This document shows, piece by piece, positions 1 to 10,447 of a DNA stretch of 64,000 nucleotides. The position numbers and the translations under genes are program-made. The notes beneath the pieces were generated by a model. The model did not search any database. It saw only the letters and a program-made list of their open reading frames with translations, and had not been told where the DNA came from. The DNA lies in NCBI GenBank assembly GCA_963837955.1, contig CAWIPH010000002.1:2240001-2304000 (forward strand), in the 5' to 3' direction. The DNA comes from an uncultured Verrucomicrobiae bacterium (lineage in GTDB: Bacteria; Verrucomicrobiota; Verrucomicrobiia; Chthoniobacterales; JAFAMB01). Each line of letters begins with the position of its first letter. Positions within the stretch are counted from its first letter, which is position 1.

Positions 1-365
1 ACAATCGTGGCTATGGTTGCATCAACCGCCTTCAGCAGAGTTGTGGAGGGAAGCCCTTCAACAACATGTTCGAGGATTGCCTGCAGTTTGGCGAGGGGGC
101 ACCCAATATCGATTTCGCCGCTAATGCGGCCTCCCTGGGCGCTCTTTCTGAGAAGGTGGCCAATATCGCTGAGTTGGAGGCTGCCCTCCAGCGTGCTCGC
201 GCGGCCAATCGCACCTACCTTATCTGCATCGACACCGACGACACCCGCACCACCGGGGAAGGCGGCTGGTGGTGGGAAGTGGCAGTCCCTGAGGAATCTC
301 CCAGCGAATCTGTCCGCCAAGCGCGCGCCGTTTACTTGCGCGGAAAGGAAAATCAAAAACGCTAA
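1..365 (+). CDS. iolD: 3D-(3,5/4)-trihydroxycyclohexane-1,2-dione acylhydrolase, C-terminal part (gene starts before window)
   Basis: Frame 3 reads NRGYGCINRLQ...FNNMF...IDFAANAASLGA...GGWWWEVAVPE, the ThDP-enzyme C-terminus typical of IolD; directly upstream of iolB. Confidence 0.88.
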   Translation, partial: NRGYGCINRLQQSCGGKPFNNMFEDCLQFGEGAPNIDFAANAASLGALSEKVANIAELEAALQRARAANRTYLICIDTDDTRTTGEGGWWWEVAVPEESPSESVRQARAVYLRGKENQKR

Positions 366-379
366 GTGAGGAGAAATTT

Positions 380-1177
380 ATGCATCTGCTCGTTAAACCC
401 AAAAAGAACTCCCAAGAAATCGTCTCTGTGACTCCTCAATCGGCAGGTTGGCGTTATGTCAGTTTTTCCGCCCACCAATTAGCCCCCGGGGAGTCGCTTA
501 CTTTTTCTGACGACGCCAACGAACTATGCGCGGTCATTTTGAGCGGGAAGGTTTCTGCTAAAACCGGCGCCCTTGAGTGGAAGGAGATCGGGGAGCGCCA
601 GAGCGTTTTTGAAGACGCTGCCCCTTATGCAGTCTACCTGCCGCCGCGCACAAAGCTCGATATTACCGCCAAGACCGATGCTGAACTCGCGGTGGCTCGC
701 TCCCCTGCCAAGGGTGAACTTCCGGCCCGGCTCATCGAGCCCGCTGCCATGCGCCGCAGCGCTCGCGGAAAAGGCGCTAATACGCGCTACGTCTGCGATA
801 TCCTGCCCCAGGATCAGCCCGCCGAGTCCCTCCTTGTGGTCGAGGTCAAAACCCCAAGCGGAAACTCTTCAAGCTATCCCCCACACAAACACGATGTGGA
901 CAACATTCCGGCAGAGAGTCTGCTCGAGGAAACCTACTACCATCGCATCAACCCGCCGCAGGGCTTTGTTTTCCAACGGGTGTACAGCGACTCGCGCGAC
1001 ATTGACGAGTCGATGGCTGTCGAAGACCGCGATGTTGTCCTAGTTCCTCGTGGCTACCATCCGGTCGTCGTCCCTCACGGCTACCAGTCCTATTACTTCA
1101 ACGTCATGGCAGGTCCCAAACGCGTCTGGCACTTTCACAACGACCCGGCTCACGAGTGGATTTTGTCAGCCGCTTGA
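380..1177 (+). CDS. iolB: 5-deoxy-glucuronate isomerase
   Basis: Motifs GNSSSYPPHKHD, LEETYYHR, VPRGYHPV, YYFNVMAGP; GAGGAG SD upstream. Confidence 0.95.
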   Translation: MHLLVKPKKNSQEIVSVTPQSAGWRYVSFSAHQLAPGESLTFSDDANELCAVILSGKVSAKTGALEWKEIGERQSVFEDAAPYAVYLPPRTKLDITAKTDAELAVARSPAKGELPARLIEPAAMRRSARGKGANTRYVCDILPQDQPAESLLVVEVKTPSGNSSSYPPHKHDVDNIPAESLLEETYYHRINPPQGFVFQRVYSDSRDIDESMAVEDRDVVLVPRGYHPVVVPHGYQSYYFNVMAGPKRVWHFHNDPAHEWILSAA

Positions 1178-1225
1178 AACCATCAGATCCGCGCAGGCTT
1201 TTTACATTCAAATTGAAGTGAGACA

Positions 1226-2125
1226 ATGATTAAGATCGCAAATGCTCCGTGCTCTTGGGGCGCGCTCGAATTCGACCTGGAAGGTCAACCTCCGGACTAC
1301 GTTCAAGTGTTGAACGAAATCGCTGAGACCGGCTATGCGGGAACGGAATTGGGAGACTGGGGATTCATGCCGACTGACCCGGAACAACTTTCCCGGGAAA
1401 TCCACGGACGAAATCTCGTGCTGCTCGGTGCATTTGTGCCAGTCTTTCTCAAAGATCCGGCTGCCCACGAGGCTGGCATTGAAGTCGCCGTGCGCACCGC
1501 GCGTTTGATGGCCGCGGTGGAGGGTAGCCTGCCCTTTATTGTCCTTGCCGACGAGAATGGGAGGGTTCCGGAGCGCACGAAGAATGCCGGGCGGGTTACT
1601 CCCGAAATGGGCCTGAGTGATGCGGAATGGCAGGTCTATGCGGAAGGCGCGACGAAAGTTGCCGAAGCGGTTAAGAAAGAAGCCGGCCTTCGCACTGCTT
1701 TCCATCATCACTGTGCGGGATACGTGGAGACCCCGGCTGAGATTGCCAAGCTCATGGCGTTGACTGACCCTAGTATTCTCGGCCTGGTATTCGATTGCGG
1801 CCACTATCGATTTGGTGGGGGAGACGCCCTGGAAGGGCTGCGCAAGTACGGTAAACGAGTATGGCACTTTCACTTCAAGGATTATCACCCTGGAGTGGGC
1901 AAGCAGGTTGCCAAAAATGGCTGGGATTACTTTCAAGCTGTGAGGCAGGGCGTTTTCTGTGAGCTGGGCAAGGGCGAGGTTGACTTCCCGTCGCTCCTGA
2001 AGGAGCTCGAAAAACTCGACTACGTCGGCTGGGGCGTGGTGGAGCAAGATGTTCTTCCAGGCATGGGCACGCCGAAGGAATCAGCCAAACGCAATCGAGA
2101 GTATATCCGTTCGCTTGGATATTGA
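1226..2125 (+). CDS. iolE: myo-inosose-2 dehydratase-like TIM-barrel isomerase
   Basis: ANAPCSWG, FHHHCAGYVET, HFHFKD, FCELGKG, VVEQD; iol operon context. Confidence 0.75.
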   Translation: MIKIANAPCSWGALEFDLEGQPPDYVQVLNEIAETGYAGTELGDWGFMPTDPEQLSREIHGRNLVLLGAFVPVFLKDPAAHEAGIEVAVRTARLMAAVEGSLPFIVLADENGRVPERTKNAGRVTPEMGLSDAEWQVYAEGATKVAEAVKKEAGLRTAFHHHCAGYVETPAEIAKLMALTDPSILGLVFDCGHYRFGGGDALEGLRKYGKRVWHFHFKDYHPGVGKQVAKNGWDYFQAVRQGVFCELGKGEVDFPSLLKELEKLDYVGWGVVEQDVLPGMGTPKESAKRNREYIRSLGY

Positions 2126-2165
2126 TCGGGGGCAAAGTCGCAAACGGCAGTGATCGGTAGGGATG

Positions 2166-2310
2166 GCTCCCGCGAGTCCGTGGCATTGGTCGAAAACCGT
2201 GTAATCTGTGGTCAATTTCAATCCGCGGAATCACGATGGCGACTTGGGCTCGATTCCTCGGTTCGCCTTGGGATGTTTCCGGGCGCCGCAAGCGGCAAGC
2301 CCCTCCGACC
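2166..2310. repeat. Left arm of ~145 bp inverted repeat bracketing tRNA-Gln
   Basis: Near-identical reverse complement of 2536-2679. Confidence 0.9.
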
Positions 2311-2316
2311 GTCGAA

Positions 2317-2390
2317 TGGCTGCCTCGCATGGATTCGAACCATGACTAAACGATCCAGAGTCGCTGGTGCTACCGTTACACCACGAGGCA
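2317..2390 (-). tRNA. tRNA-Gln (CTG)
   Basis: Minus strand folds as TGCCTCG/CGAGGCA acceptor stem, anticodon loop CTCTGGA, T-arm CATGG-TTCGAAT-CCATG, encoded CCA. Confidence 0.96.
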
Positions 2391-2535
2391 AAAAGGGAGG
2401 CAACTTTGGTACTTCAGATCGAGCCAAAGTCAACCCTTCGAGGCTTCATCTCGCTGGCCTCAACCTCCTCGAGAGACTCATGCTGAACCGCCCGACACGC
2501 GCTTCCACATTCCGAGTCACGTAATACAACCCACC

Positions 2536-2679
2536 GGTCGGAGGGGCTTGCCGCTTGCGGCGCCCGGAAACATCCAAGGCGAACCGAGGAATCGAGCCCA
2601 AGTCGCCAGCGTGATTCCGCGGATTGAAATTAACCACAGATTACACAGTTTTCGACCAGTGCCACGGACGCGCGGGAGC
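2536..2679. repeat. Right arm of inverted repeat bracketing tRNA-Gln
   Basis: Reverse complement of 2166-2310; its GGTCGGAGGGG..GCCGCTTGCGGC end resembles elements near 35510, 53875 and 55000. Confidence 0.9.
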
Positions 2680-2704
2680 GCATCCGATCACCGATTAGCG
2701 CTAA

Positions 2705-3370
2705 CTAACTACCGAACGGAGTGGTGACGTTGGTTCCTGCCGGTGGATTGAATTCGTAAGTGGAATCCGAAACGCTGTCTCGTTTGACGTTGGAGTAGGT
2801 GATGGCGACTTTTTCGCCGCGCGCTGTCTCCAGCTCAACTGCCTGAGGAGTCAAATCTTGTTCGACGGTAATGGTGACTACTTTCACCAATTTCCGGATA
2901 GAAGCTGTTTTCGGAGTCAGGGTGACATGAAAGAGTTTGCCCTCTTTGGTGCCTTCCACGTTGTAGTAATCGGTCAGGTGTTGAAAGTTCAATCCAGCGG
3001 TGATCGCTTGCAGTGAATTTTTTAATTCGGGCCGCTTATCCAGGTTGTAGAGCTCGGCCGTCTTCAGATTGGGATAATAAATCGTCATCTTCTTGCCATC
3101 GATGACGGTCGTACTCGGCTGGTTGCCTTCGATTTCGCGGCGGAATTTGTCCGGCGGCGTAAACCAGAGTTTGCCCTGGTTGACCAACGCTTCTTTCAGA
3201 ATCGACACGTGACGTTCTTCCCGAAAATTGGCCTGCAGCGAAGTTTTGTTTTCGTAGTACGACTGCAGGCGATTGACCAGACCGTTGATTTCATCTGAAG
3301 TCATCGGGGCTGCATAAGCGAACGAAGTGGCGACGAAGGATATCAGAATGAGGAGGAATCGAAGCGACAT
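2705..3370 (-). CDS. LolA-family outer-membrane lipoprotein carrier
   Basis: Signal peptide; SLQANFREER...GKLWFTPPDKFR...VIDGKKMTIYYP...F.PP.G pattern. Confidence 0.85.
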   Translation of the reverse strand: MSLRFLLILISFVATSFAYAAPMTSDEINGLVNRLQSYYENKTSLQANFREERHVSILKEALVNQGKLWFTPPDKFRREIEGNQPSTTVIDGKKMTIYYPNLKTAELYNLDKRPELKNSLQAITAGLNFQHLTDYYNVEGTKEGKLFHVTLTPKTASIRKLVKVVTITVEQDLTPQAVELETARGEKVAITYSNVKRDSVSDSTYEFNPPAGTNVTTPFGS

Positions 3371-3379
3371 AAGGATTTC

Positions 3380-4315
3380 TTAACGGGTCCAGATCGGAAC
3401 AAAATTAAACCATTGGTCTGGAAATTCGCGAATGATCGTCTGAAAGACATCGGCGATCCGTTGGCTATTTTCTTCCGGGCCGAGCTCTGCCGTCATGTCG
3501 ATCGGAGGATAGGCGTAGCATCCATATCGTCCTGGCTGAAGCTGTAGTACGAATGCCGGTATAATCGTTGCGCCGGTGTGCTGCCAAATGCGAGCAGCGG
3601 CAGCGGAAAATAGGGTCGGCCGATCAAAAAACTTAACGTTAACCCCGCTGTTCAAGTAAGGACGATCGACCAGCATCGCTACCAGCTCGTTCCGCCGGAG
3701 CGCTTGCATGATCTCGAGAAAAGCAAACTTGTCGGATCCAACCGTGATCGTTTTGATGCCGAACCGAGCTCGATATTTCCGGCGCCAGGCGTCCAGTTCA
3801 GGGGTGGGCTCCTCCAGAGTCACCACGCTGACCGGAAATCCGGCTGCGCCCAGAACCATCCCGCCAAGCTCCCACGCTCCGAGATGTCCGGTGATCAGGA
3901 GAGTCCCTTTGCCGCGCGCTCTTCCAGCTTCCAGGAATTCGAACCCACGGCGTTCGACGATCAGCTTTTCCATCCGGGGTACGCCACCGGCTGCCGAATC
4001 ACAGAAGTCGTGCAGCATCCGTAGAAAATTGACAAAGCACGCCCTTCCAAGTTTTTCCTGGGCTGCGCGATCGCTGGTCAGCACGGCGAGATTGCTCAGG
4101 ATTGCTTCGCGGCGCTGCCGGCAAAATCGGTAACCCAATTCGCCCATGGAAACAGCGAACGCTCGACTGAGGGGTCGCGGAACATAACGAGCGATCCAAT
4201 TGCCGATCTCGAAAGAAAACGGCGCATACCACCCGTTGCGCGGCAACGGTTGGGCGTGGGTTGGCGCTACGAATTCAGGTATTGTTTCGGGAGCTGTCTC
4301 GGGTATGCCGCTCAT
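3380..4315 (-). CDS. Lysophospholipid/lipid A-type (LpxL-family) acyltransferase
   Basis: GHLGAWE catalytic motif, LVDR, C-terminal PDQWFNF. Confidence 0.88.
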   Translation of the reverse strand: MSGIPETAPETIPEFVAPTHAQPLPRNGWYAPFSFEIGNWIARYVPRPLSRAFAVSMGELGYRFCRQRREAILSNLAVLTSDRAAQEKLGRACFVNFLRMLHDFCDSAAGGVPRMEKLIVERRGFEFLEAGRARGKGTLLITGHLGAWELGGMVLGAAGFPVSVVTLEEPTPELDAWRRKYRARFGIKTITVGSDKFAFLEIMQALRRNELVAMLVDRPYLNSGVNVKFFDRPTLFSAAAARIWQHTGATIIPAFVLQLQPGRYGCYAYPPIDMTAELGPEENSQRIADVFQTIIREFPDQWFNFVPIWTR

Positions 4316-4791
4316 TGCGCAAAGCTGAAGATCATGGATTCGTGCCGGGCAAAGTCAATTTTTGCACCGCTCAATTTACTGTTTTTCCTGTTGAAAGTTG
4401 CACTCCATTTTTTGTCATTACTGGCGGTGGTTTGATTGGAATAAAAATAGGGAACAACCTGTTTAAGAAGGGCCCAACTGTGGAGCGGACCGATAGCGCG
4501 ATCGACGGGGCCTTTCCAACCGCTCTTGGCGAATAGACCAGTGGCAACCAGTTCATTGCCATGCGCTTGCAGCTGTAAAACTAGTACACCGCCTTTGGAA
4601 AAAGCTAGGTCATAATCGCCACTGGAGCGGGTGCGGAGGATCACATCTCCCACCACGGATCTTCGGTTCGTCGTATAGACCATCTGCCCTTCGTGAGTTT
4701 TAGCGTCGTTCCCGAGGCCGGGAAGCTCGTTCACGGTGCATGAGCAAATGAGGATTACAGGGAAGAGGAGGGCGGTAAGACGATAGATCAT
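4312..4791 (-). CDS. Hypothetical lipoprotein
   Basis: Hydrophobic leader with ICSC lipobox-like site; 4 bp overlap with the acyltransferase. Confidence 0.7.
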   Translation of the reverse strand: MIYRLTALLFPVILICSCTVNELPGLGNDAKTHEGQMVYTTNRRSVVGDVILRTRSSGDYDLAFSKGGVLVLQLQAHGNELVATGLFAKSGWKGPVDRAIGPLHSWALLKQVVPYFYSNQTTASNDKKWSATFNRKNSKLSGAKIDFARHESMIFSFAQ

Positions 4792-5022
4792 GAGAAAGTT
4801 CTGGCCTCAGAGAACGCTACAGCATTTCGCCTGAGCGCGGCACTGAGGATGGGCAGAAGATTGGGGAGTAACGGCTCAGGTGGAGCGTTGCCCTACCAAT
4901 TGCTCGGGCGGGCCGATTCTTCATCGGAATGTGTTTGGGATATCATTTAAAAGATCAGGAAGAAAGCTACTATCTTCGACGAGAGATGTTGGATTCCTAT
5001 TCTAGCATCTCTCGGCCGCTTG

Positions 5023-6336
5023 CTATGGGCTATCAACTATCGGCCGGCGGCCGGCGATCGCGGGCTTTTTGAATTCAATCGAGGACTGGCTGGCATCAGG
5101 CCGGAGTGTCAATTTGTTCACCAATTTTCCGGTGCGACCCTGCAGGTACACTAAAAAATAGAACAATTTCAGGTGGAGTTTCGTCCTCAGGCTCCGAACG
5201 GGATTGCCTCCGAGAACAGAGCTGATGGTAGGGACGAGCTTGAGGTTACCTCGGGGCTGGAGAAAAATTTCGATGAATTCCTGAGTGTACCATCCGGAGG
5301 ACAATTTGAGATAGGTGGCAAATCGTTCCTGAACCAAACGTTGGTAGCGGCGGAATGCGCGATCGCGAGCATTCGGTCGCTCTAGTGCGATTTGCAATGC
5401 GAACGCAGCTTGCTCGCCGGAATAGACCGCAATGTGAACGCCGCTACTGAACACTGGGTCGATAAAGCCAGCAGCATCGCCAGCCATCAACCAACGATCG
5501 CCAAACATTTTTTTGACCCGGTAGGAAAACTCAGCCGTTGCTCGGACTGGCGTGAACCGTTTGGCTTCACCGATACGATTGTAAACTTCCGGTTGTTGGC
5601 GGATGCACTCTTCGAAAGCTTGTTCGGGCGAAAGTTGCAGCGAACGGAAACGCTCATGATCCATGACTACCCCCACGCTCCATTTGCCTTCTGCCATCGG
5701 GATGACCCAGCACCAACAATCATCGGCCCGGATCATTCGGGTTAATGAGGCTTCAGGATCGGGCGGCAACGGGTCACCTTGAAAATAGGCGAACACGGAA
5801 AACTTGCGCAGATGCGGATACGGCTCTTTCAGCTGGAGATGGTTGGCCAGGATGGCATTTCTTCCCGAACAATCGATGACATACTTGGCTCGAACAGTTT
5901 CGGCGCCTTCATTACAGGAGATCGTCGCTTCGTCGTCGAAGCTACAGCCTTTTACGCTTACTTGATATCGCACCTCGCAACCGCAATCGTGGGCATGGTC
6001 CAGCAACACCTGATCGAACTTAGAGCGGTCAACTTGATACGAAGTCTTCCAACGCGGATTTACGCCGTTCCGGAAGAAATAGGTACCGCGCGCGGTGCCG
6101 CAGGCGGAGGAGATTTCGCCGCCATGTTTTATTAGAAAGCCGGCGCGGTCTAGTTTCTCGGTGACCCCGATCCGTTGGAATGTTTCTGAGCTAGCTGGGA
6201 GCAGGGATTCACCGACCCGGAATCTCGGGAATTTCTCTTTTTCGAGTATCACTGCCCGGCGACCGGCGCGAGCTAGCGAAGCACCGGCAACGCTCCCAGC
6301 GGGTCCGCCCCCAATTATTGCGACATCAAAGCTCAT
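5023..6336 (-). CDS. FAD-dependent oxidoreductase, flavin-dependent halogenase-like
   Basis: GGGPAG, PRFRVGESLLP, GFLIK, WCWVIP (WxWxIP), GDAAGFIDPVFSSGV. Confidence 0.85.
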   Translation of the reverse strand: MSFDVAIIGGGPAGSVAGASLARAGRRAVILEKEKFPRFRVGESLLPASSETFQRIGVTEKLDRAGFLIKHGGEISSACGTARGTYFFRNGVNPRWKTSYQVDRSKFDQVLLDHAHDCGCEVRYQVSVKGCSFDDEATISCNEGAETVRAKYVIDCSGRNAILANHLQLKEPYPHLRKFSVFAYFQGDPLPPDPEASLTRMIRADDCWCWVIPMAEGKWSVGVVMDHERFRSLQLSPEQAFEECIRQQPEVYNRIGEAKRFTPVRATAEFSYRVKKMFGDRWLMAGDAAGFIDPVFSSGVHIAVYSGEQAAFALQIALERPNARDRAFRRYQRLVQERFATYLKLSSGWYTQEFIEIFLQPRGNLKLVPTISSVLGGNPVRSLRTKLHLKLFYFLVYLQGRTGKLVNKLTLRPDASQSSIEFKKPAIAGRRPIVDSP

Positions 6337-6487
6337 CCTGCGTTTCTATGATGCTGAAGATACCGGAGGTAAACCAGAAAATACTGACGACATGCATACG
6401 GCTGGAGGCCTGCTCCTTTCGGATCGTGGGCCGACAACGGACGCGCGGGAGCGCGTCCCGGGCATGGGCGTTCGATACATCCTGATT

Positions 6488-6666
6488 GGTAGGGCGAAAA
6501 CCTCGGCGCGCCGGGAACGTTTCGATTCCCCTGCGCGAGTCGCGCCGGGTTTGAGCCGCCCGTTGCATCAATCTGTGTTGCCTTTTATTCCCCGGGTTCC
6601 TCAGTCGGACGGGCACGAACGGCTCAAGCCGATACGGCTGATACCGTACCAGGCTTTCGCCCTACC
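6488..6666. repeat. REP doublet (GGTAGGGCGAAA...TTTCGCCCTACC)
   Basis: Terminal inverted repeats; homologous to 36193-36352 and 58814-58872. Confidence 0.8.
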
Positions 6667-6704
6667 AACTACCAATCGGGATCCGAACACAGTTGGTACC
6701 GATC

Positions 6705-7724
6705 TCACGCGAGCTGGCGGTCGGCGGCGGCTAGGAACGGCTTGAGTTCAGCGACCAAGGTGCCAAACAGTTCAAAGTCGATTTGCTGTTGGCCGTCGCT
6801 CAGGGCTTCGGCCGGGTTCGGATGGACTTCGATGAGCAAACCGTCGGCACCGACCGCGGCGGCCCCCCGGCAAAGGACCTTAACCAGGTCAGCTCGGCCA
6901 CAACCTTGACTCGGATCAACGACTACCGGCAGATGCGATTCTTGCTTGGCTACAGCTACCGCGGATAAATCGAGCGTGTTGCGCGTATATGTCTCGAACG
7001 TTCGAATTCCGCGTTCACAAAGGATCACGTTGGGATTGCCCTGAGTTAACAGATATTCGGCCGCCAGCAGCCATTCCTCGATGCGCTGGCTCATTCCTCT
7101 TTTCAGGAGGACCGGCTTTTTGGATCGAGCACATTCGATCAACAATTGAAAGTTCTGGGCGTTGCGAGCGCCGATTTGCAGGATGTCTGCCGTCTCAGCC
7201 ACGATGTCGACATCGCGTTCGCTGAGGACTTCGGTGATAATCTTTAGACCGGTTTGTCTTTTGGCCAGCTCCAATAGACGAAGACCTTCTTTGCCGAGTC
7301 CCTGGAATTCGTACGGTGAAGTACGCGGTTTGTAAGCACCGCCCCGGAGGATCTTGGCGCCTCGTTCTTTCACAGCGAGGGCGGTGGAGAGGAGCTGTTC
7401 CTCCGATTCGACGCTGCAAGGGCCGGCCATTATGACAAAACTGTCGCCTCCGATTTCGATTCCATCCACGTTGACCATGGTCTGTGAGCGACGAGACTCG
7501 CGGCTGACAAGTTTATAGCGCTTTTGGACCGGGAGCACACGCTCGACCTGCGGCAGGGCCGTCAAAGATTCGAGGGTATGATGGGTGCGCTCATCCCCAA
7601 TTGCGGCTACAACGGTCTGAAGTTCTCCGCGAATCGCGTGCGGTGTGTATCCCAGTTTCGCGACTTCCTCCATCACGATATCTACCTGGTCGTTGGGCGT
7701 GTTAGGTCTGAGGATGATGATCAT
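6705..7724 (-). CDS. aroF: DAHP synthase (type I-beta, N-terminal regulatory domain)
   Basis: [45 protein letters not shown]; start at MIIILRP. Confidence 0.93.
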   Translation of the reverse strand: MIIILRPNTPNDQVDIVMEEVAKLGYTPHAIRGELQTVVAAIGDERTHHTLESLTALPQVERVLPVQKRYKLVSRESRRSQTMVNVDGIEIGGDSFVIMAGPCSVESEEQLLSTALAVKERGAKILRGGAYKPRTSPYEFQGLGKEGLRLLELAKRQTGLKIITEVLSERDVDIVAETADILQIGARNAQNFQLLIECARSKKPVLLKRGMSQRIEEWLLAAEYLLTQGNPNVILCERGIRTFETYTRNTLDLSAVAVAKQESHLPVVVDPSQGCGRADLVKVLCRGAAAVGADGLLIEVHPNPAEALSDGQQQIDFELFGTLVAELKPFLAAADRQLA

Positions 7725-8260
7725 GGAGAACCGGAGCCATAGCGCCACTTCGTGGCGATGACAAATAGCAAAATTGCAAAATGCCCAGGAGCCAAGACCC
7801 ACTACCGCCCTCAATCTGGGATTTTCGAGGCACCTGGGAGATCGGCTTCCCGGCGACCTCTCCGCCGAGCAAAGTAGCCTGATGCTTCCTCCTTCGTTCC
7901 CTCCGAAACCCACAAACTACGGCGGACAAGCCAGCCTCAGGAAGCTTATCGCAGTGATTGGTGACTATCCGTCAGAAGGCGTTGAAAGATTTCTGCCAAG
8001 GATTTGCCGATAGACATCGACCATTCGCCAATCACCTCTCACCTTTCACAGTCGCTGCAGCCCTCGGGTCCTGAGCCAGGAGGCCACCTCCGCTTTTCGA
8101 GCTGATATCAGTGAAGCGACGGCGGGATCAGGCCGCTCTGCCATCTGCTATTTCTCCTCCCAATCTTTTCCTTCCCAGTCAACGCGCGATCGATATTATG
8201 CTGGACGATGCGTCAACAAGACCGGATCGCCGGGCGCGATCCCGACATCCCCGTAATGCC

Positions 8261-10144
8261 ATGAGCGAACATGTAACAGCTCCCCCCGGCAAAAGACCTC
8301 CGATGACGCCGATCGGTTCGCGTCGTTTCCTGCCCCGGATTGGGTCTCCGGGTTATCACATCCTGCTAAGCGCTGTGGCGATTCTAGTCCTCGGCCCGCT
8401 GGGCGGGATCTCCGCAGCTTTCATGAATTTCTCGATCGGCTTTTTTATTGGCGGTCAGGTGCTCGCAGGAATTCTAGGCAGTGTTGTCACTCTGCCCTAT
8501 GGGCCAGAAGGAAAACATGGCGCCAACTACATCCAAACCATGGCCGCTTCAGTTGCCGGCATGTGCGGCATGGCCGTGCTGGTTCAGGCCATGGTGTGGT
8601 TAGGTTTACCGGAACCCCCTGCCTGGGAACTCGTATTGTTCTTCATGTGTGCTGGCATGTTCGGTGTCGGTATCGGCATGCTTTACACACCGATCCTGGT
8701 TGATCGGATGCAGCTGCCCTTTCCGTCCGGGTTCGCGGTGGCCAACATCCTGCGCGCTCTGACGGACAAAGACTTGCTCAAACGCTCTATTGCCAAGTTG
8801 GGCGGAGGAATGGGTACCGGTTATTTGGTTGGACTGTTCTCGCTGAACGTCCCCTGGTTTGCCCGTTTCGGTTTTCCCGGTCCGCTGCTAGCAACTCTGG
8901 AGAAGGCGAGCATTTCTGCATCCACCTTTGGTGCTGGTTTGATCGTTGGTTCTCGCATTGCGATACCCGGCCTGGTGGTCGCCCTCATCGGTGCCTGGCT
9001 GAGGCCCTACCTGATCACCATTGGTTGGCTCGGACCAAATGATCCGTATCGGAAAATAGGTTTCATCATTTCGCTGGGCACCATTCTCGGTGCGGCCATT
9101 GTCGACATCATTTTGATCATGCTGCAAGCTGCCAAGCGGCTTCGCGAAAAAAACGCCGAACCGTCTCAACCCCAAGCGGACTGGAAGCGGGTCAACATGC
9201 TGGGTCTCGTCGTGTGGATTTTGTTCTGGGGAGCAGCCACGGTGTGGTTCGGTAGTCAGGTACTGCATCAACCAGTACTCTTCCTTGCCGTCGCCGTCGG
9301 CCTTTGTCTCTTGTTCGTCCTGGTTAACGGTATTTCGCTCGGCATTTCGGATTGGAACCCGATTTCCAGCGCGTTTGTGATGACTGTTTTCATCCTGGCC
9401 GCCATGGGGCTCCGTGACCCTGGCGTAGGGCTGCTATGCGCCTCTATCATGCTCATTGCCTGTAGCGAAGGAGGTGACATGCAGCAGGACCGGTCGACGG
9501 GTTGGCGTTTGGGTACCAACCGAATTATACAATTCCGTTACCAGGTTATCGGTATAGCGATGGGTGCGGTGTTGGCGGTAGTGCTGGCCAAGCTTTTCAT
9601 GAGCGCTTACCCGGTCTTGACTCAGGATCAGTTCAGTCATCCAAACCTGGAAGGTGCCCAAAAATGGCAGTCCGCCATGACTTACAAATTTGTCGGCGCG
9701 CTGAAAGGAATCACTACTTCCCAGCCGCATGTCATGATTGCTTTGCAGATTGGTATCGGCCTGGGCCTATTCATTGAAATAGCTCGGAAGTTGATAAAAA
9801 GCCGCCCGCGTTACCAGCGGTTTGCGGCCGGCTCGCGGACCGGTCGTGCCACGGACTTCATCCTGGATGCCGTGCTTTTATCGAGCCCTTATGCATCGTC
9901 GTTCGGCGGATTTGTGGAGTTACCGACCGTGCTCTGGTGGACCGCTGGAGGACTGGCCTCTGCGCTGTTCAACGGGCTCAAGCAAAGATCGGCGGCGCGA
10001 GCGGCCAAATCCGGTCAAGAGGGCGCGCCCAGTCTCCCTCCCGATATGAGTACCACGTCGTTGGTGGGCGGCGGATTGATCGCGGGCGATTCTCTGGCAG
10101 CGCTGACGGTCGGAATTTATGGGCTTCTGACCGCCATTCTTTGA
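8261..10144 (+). CDS. OPT/YSL-family transporter
   Basis: Multi-TM; NYIQTMAAS, LPFPSG.AVA, DMQQDRSTG.RLG, GGLIAGDSL; start uncertain. Confidence 0.85.
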   Translation: MSEHVTAPPGKRPPMTPIGSRRFLPRIGSPGYHILLSAVAILVLGPLGGISAAFMNFSIGFFIGGQVLAGILGSVVTLPYGPEGKHGANYIQTMAASVAGMCGMAVLVQAMVWLGLPEPPAWELVLFFMCAGMFGVGIGMLYTPILVDRMQLPFPSGFAVANILRALTDKDLLKRSIAKLGGGMGTGYLVGLFSLNVPWFARFGFPGPLLATLEKASISASTFGAGLIVGSRIAIPGLVVALIGAWLRPYLITIGWLGPNDPYRKIGFIISLGTILGAAIVDIILIMLQAAKRLREKNAEPSQPQADWKRVNMLGLVVWILFWGAATVWFGSQVLHQPVLFLAVAVGLCLLFVLVNGISLGISDWNPISSAFVMTVFILAAMGLRDPGVGLLCASIMLIACSEGGDMQQDRSTGWRLGTNRIIQFRYQVIGIAMGAVLAVVLAKLFMSAYPVLTQDQFSHPNLEGAQKWQSAMTYKFVGALKGITTSQPHVMIALQIGIGLGLFIEIARKLIKSRPRYQRFAAGSRTGRATDFILDAVLLSSPYASSFGGFVELPTVLWWTAGGLASALFNGLKQRSAARAAKSGQEGAPSLPPDMSTTSLVGGGLIAGDSLAALTVGIYGLLTAIL

Positions 10145-10272
10145 GAGCGCCCGATTGTCTTGCCGTAGCTAAATGTAGGCGGATGCTCCAGCCTCCGAAA
10201 CCGTTGTGATGCGATCTCGCTGCCAACTCAAGGTTTTTTAGCCTTCGGTAATGACGACGTTCGGTAGAAGAC

Positions 10273-10370
10273 TTCTTGCGCTCCTTCAGAGCGGACGCGC
10301 ATTTTTTGGGTTACCCGGGGTTGCGCAAAGCCTCCACCCCGGGCTGAGTCCTTTAACGCCTTCGGCGTAC
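10273..10370. repeat. REP-like palindromic element (CCCGGGG..CCCCGGG / ACGCCTTCGGCGT)
   Basis: Reverse complement copy at 54752-54848. Confidence 0.8.
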
Positions 10371-10447
10371 CCGGCTCCCCGGCGTTGGGAGATGTCCGTC
10401 CGCAAAATTTCACATGCATCGGACGATTTCCCGATCTAGAACTCAGC

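Noticed and set aside
1208..2047. 279 aa antisense ORF and many similar shadow ORFs
   Set aside because: They lie opposite well-supported genes and have no motifs
2484..2494. TGAACCGCCC resembling an IS3-family end
   Set aside because: Too short; no partner end or transposase
2150..2524. 124 aa ORF
   Set aside because: Spans a repeat arm and the antisense of the tRNA
7725..7913. N-terminal extension of aroF; likewise 8111, 20688, 21445, 39467, 31945 and 50353 starts
   Set aside because: Extensions run through repeats, promoters or neighbouring genes; family similarity starts at later codons
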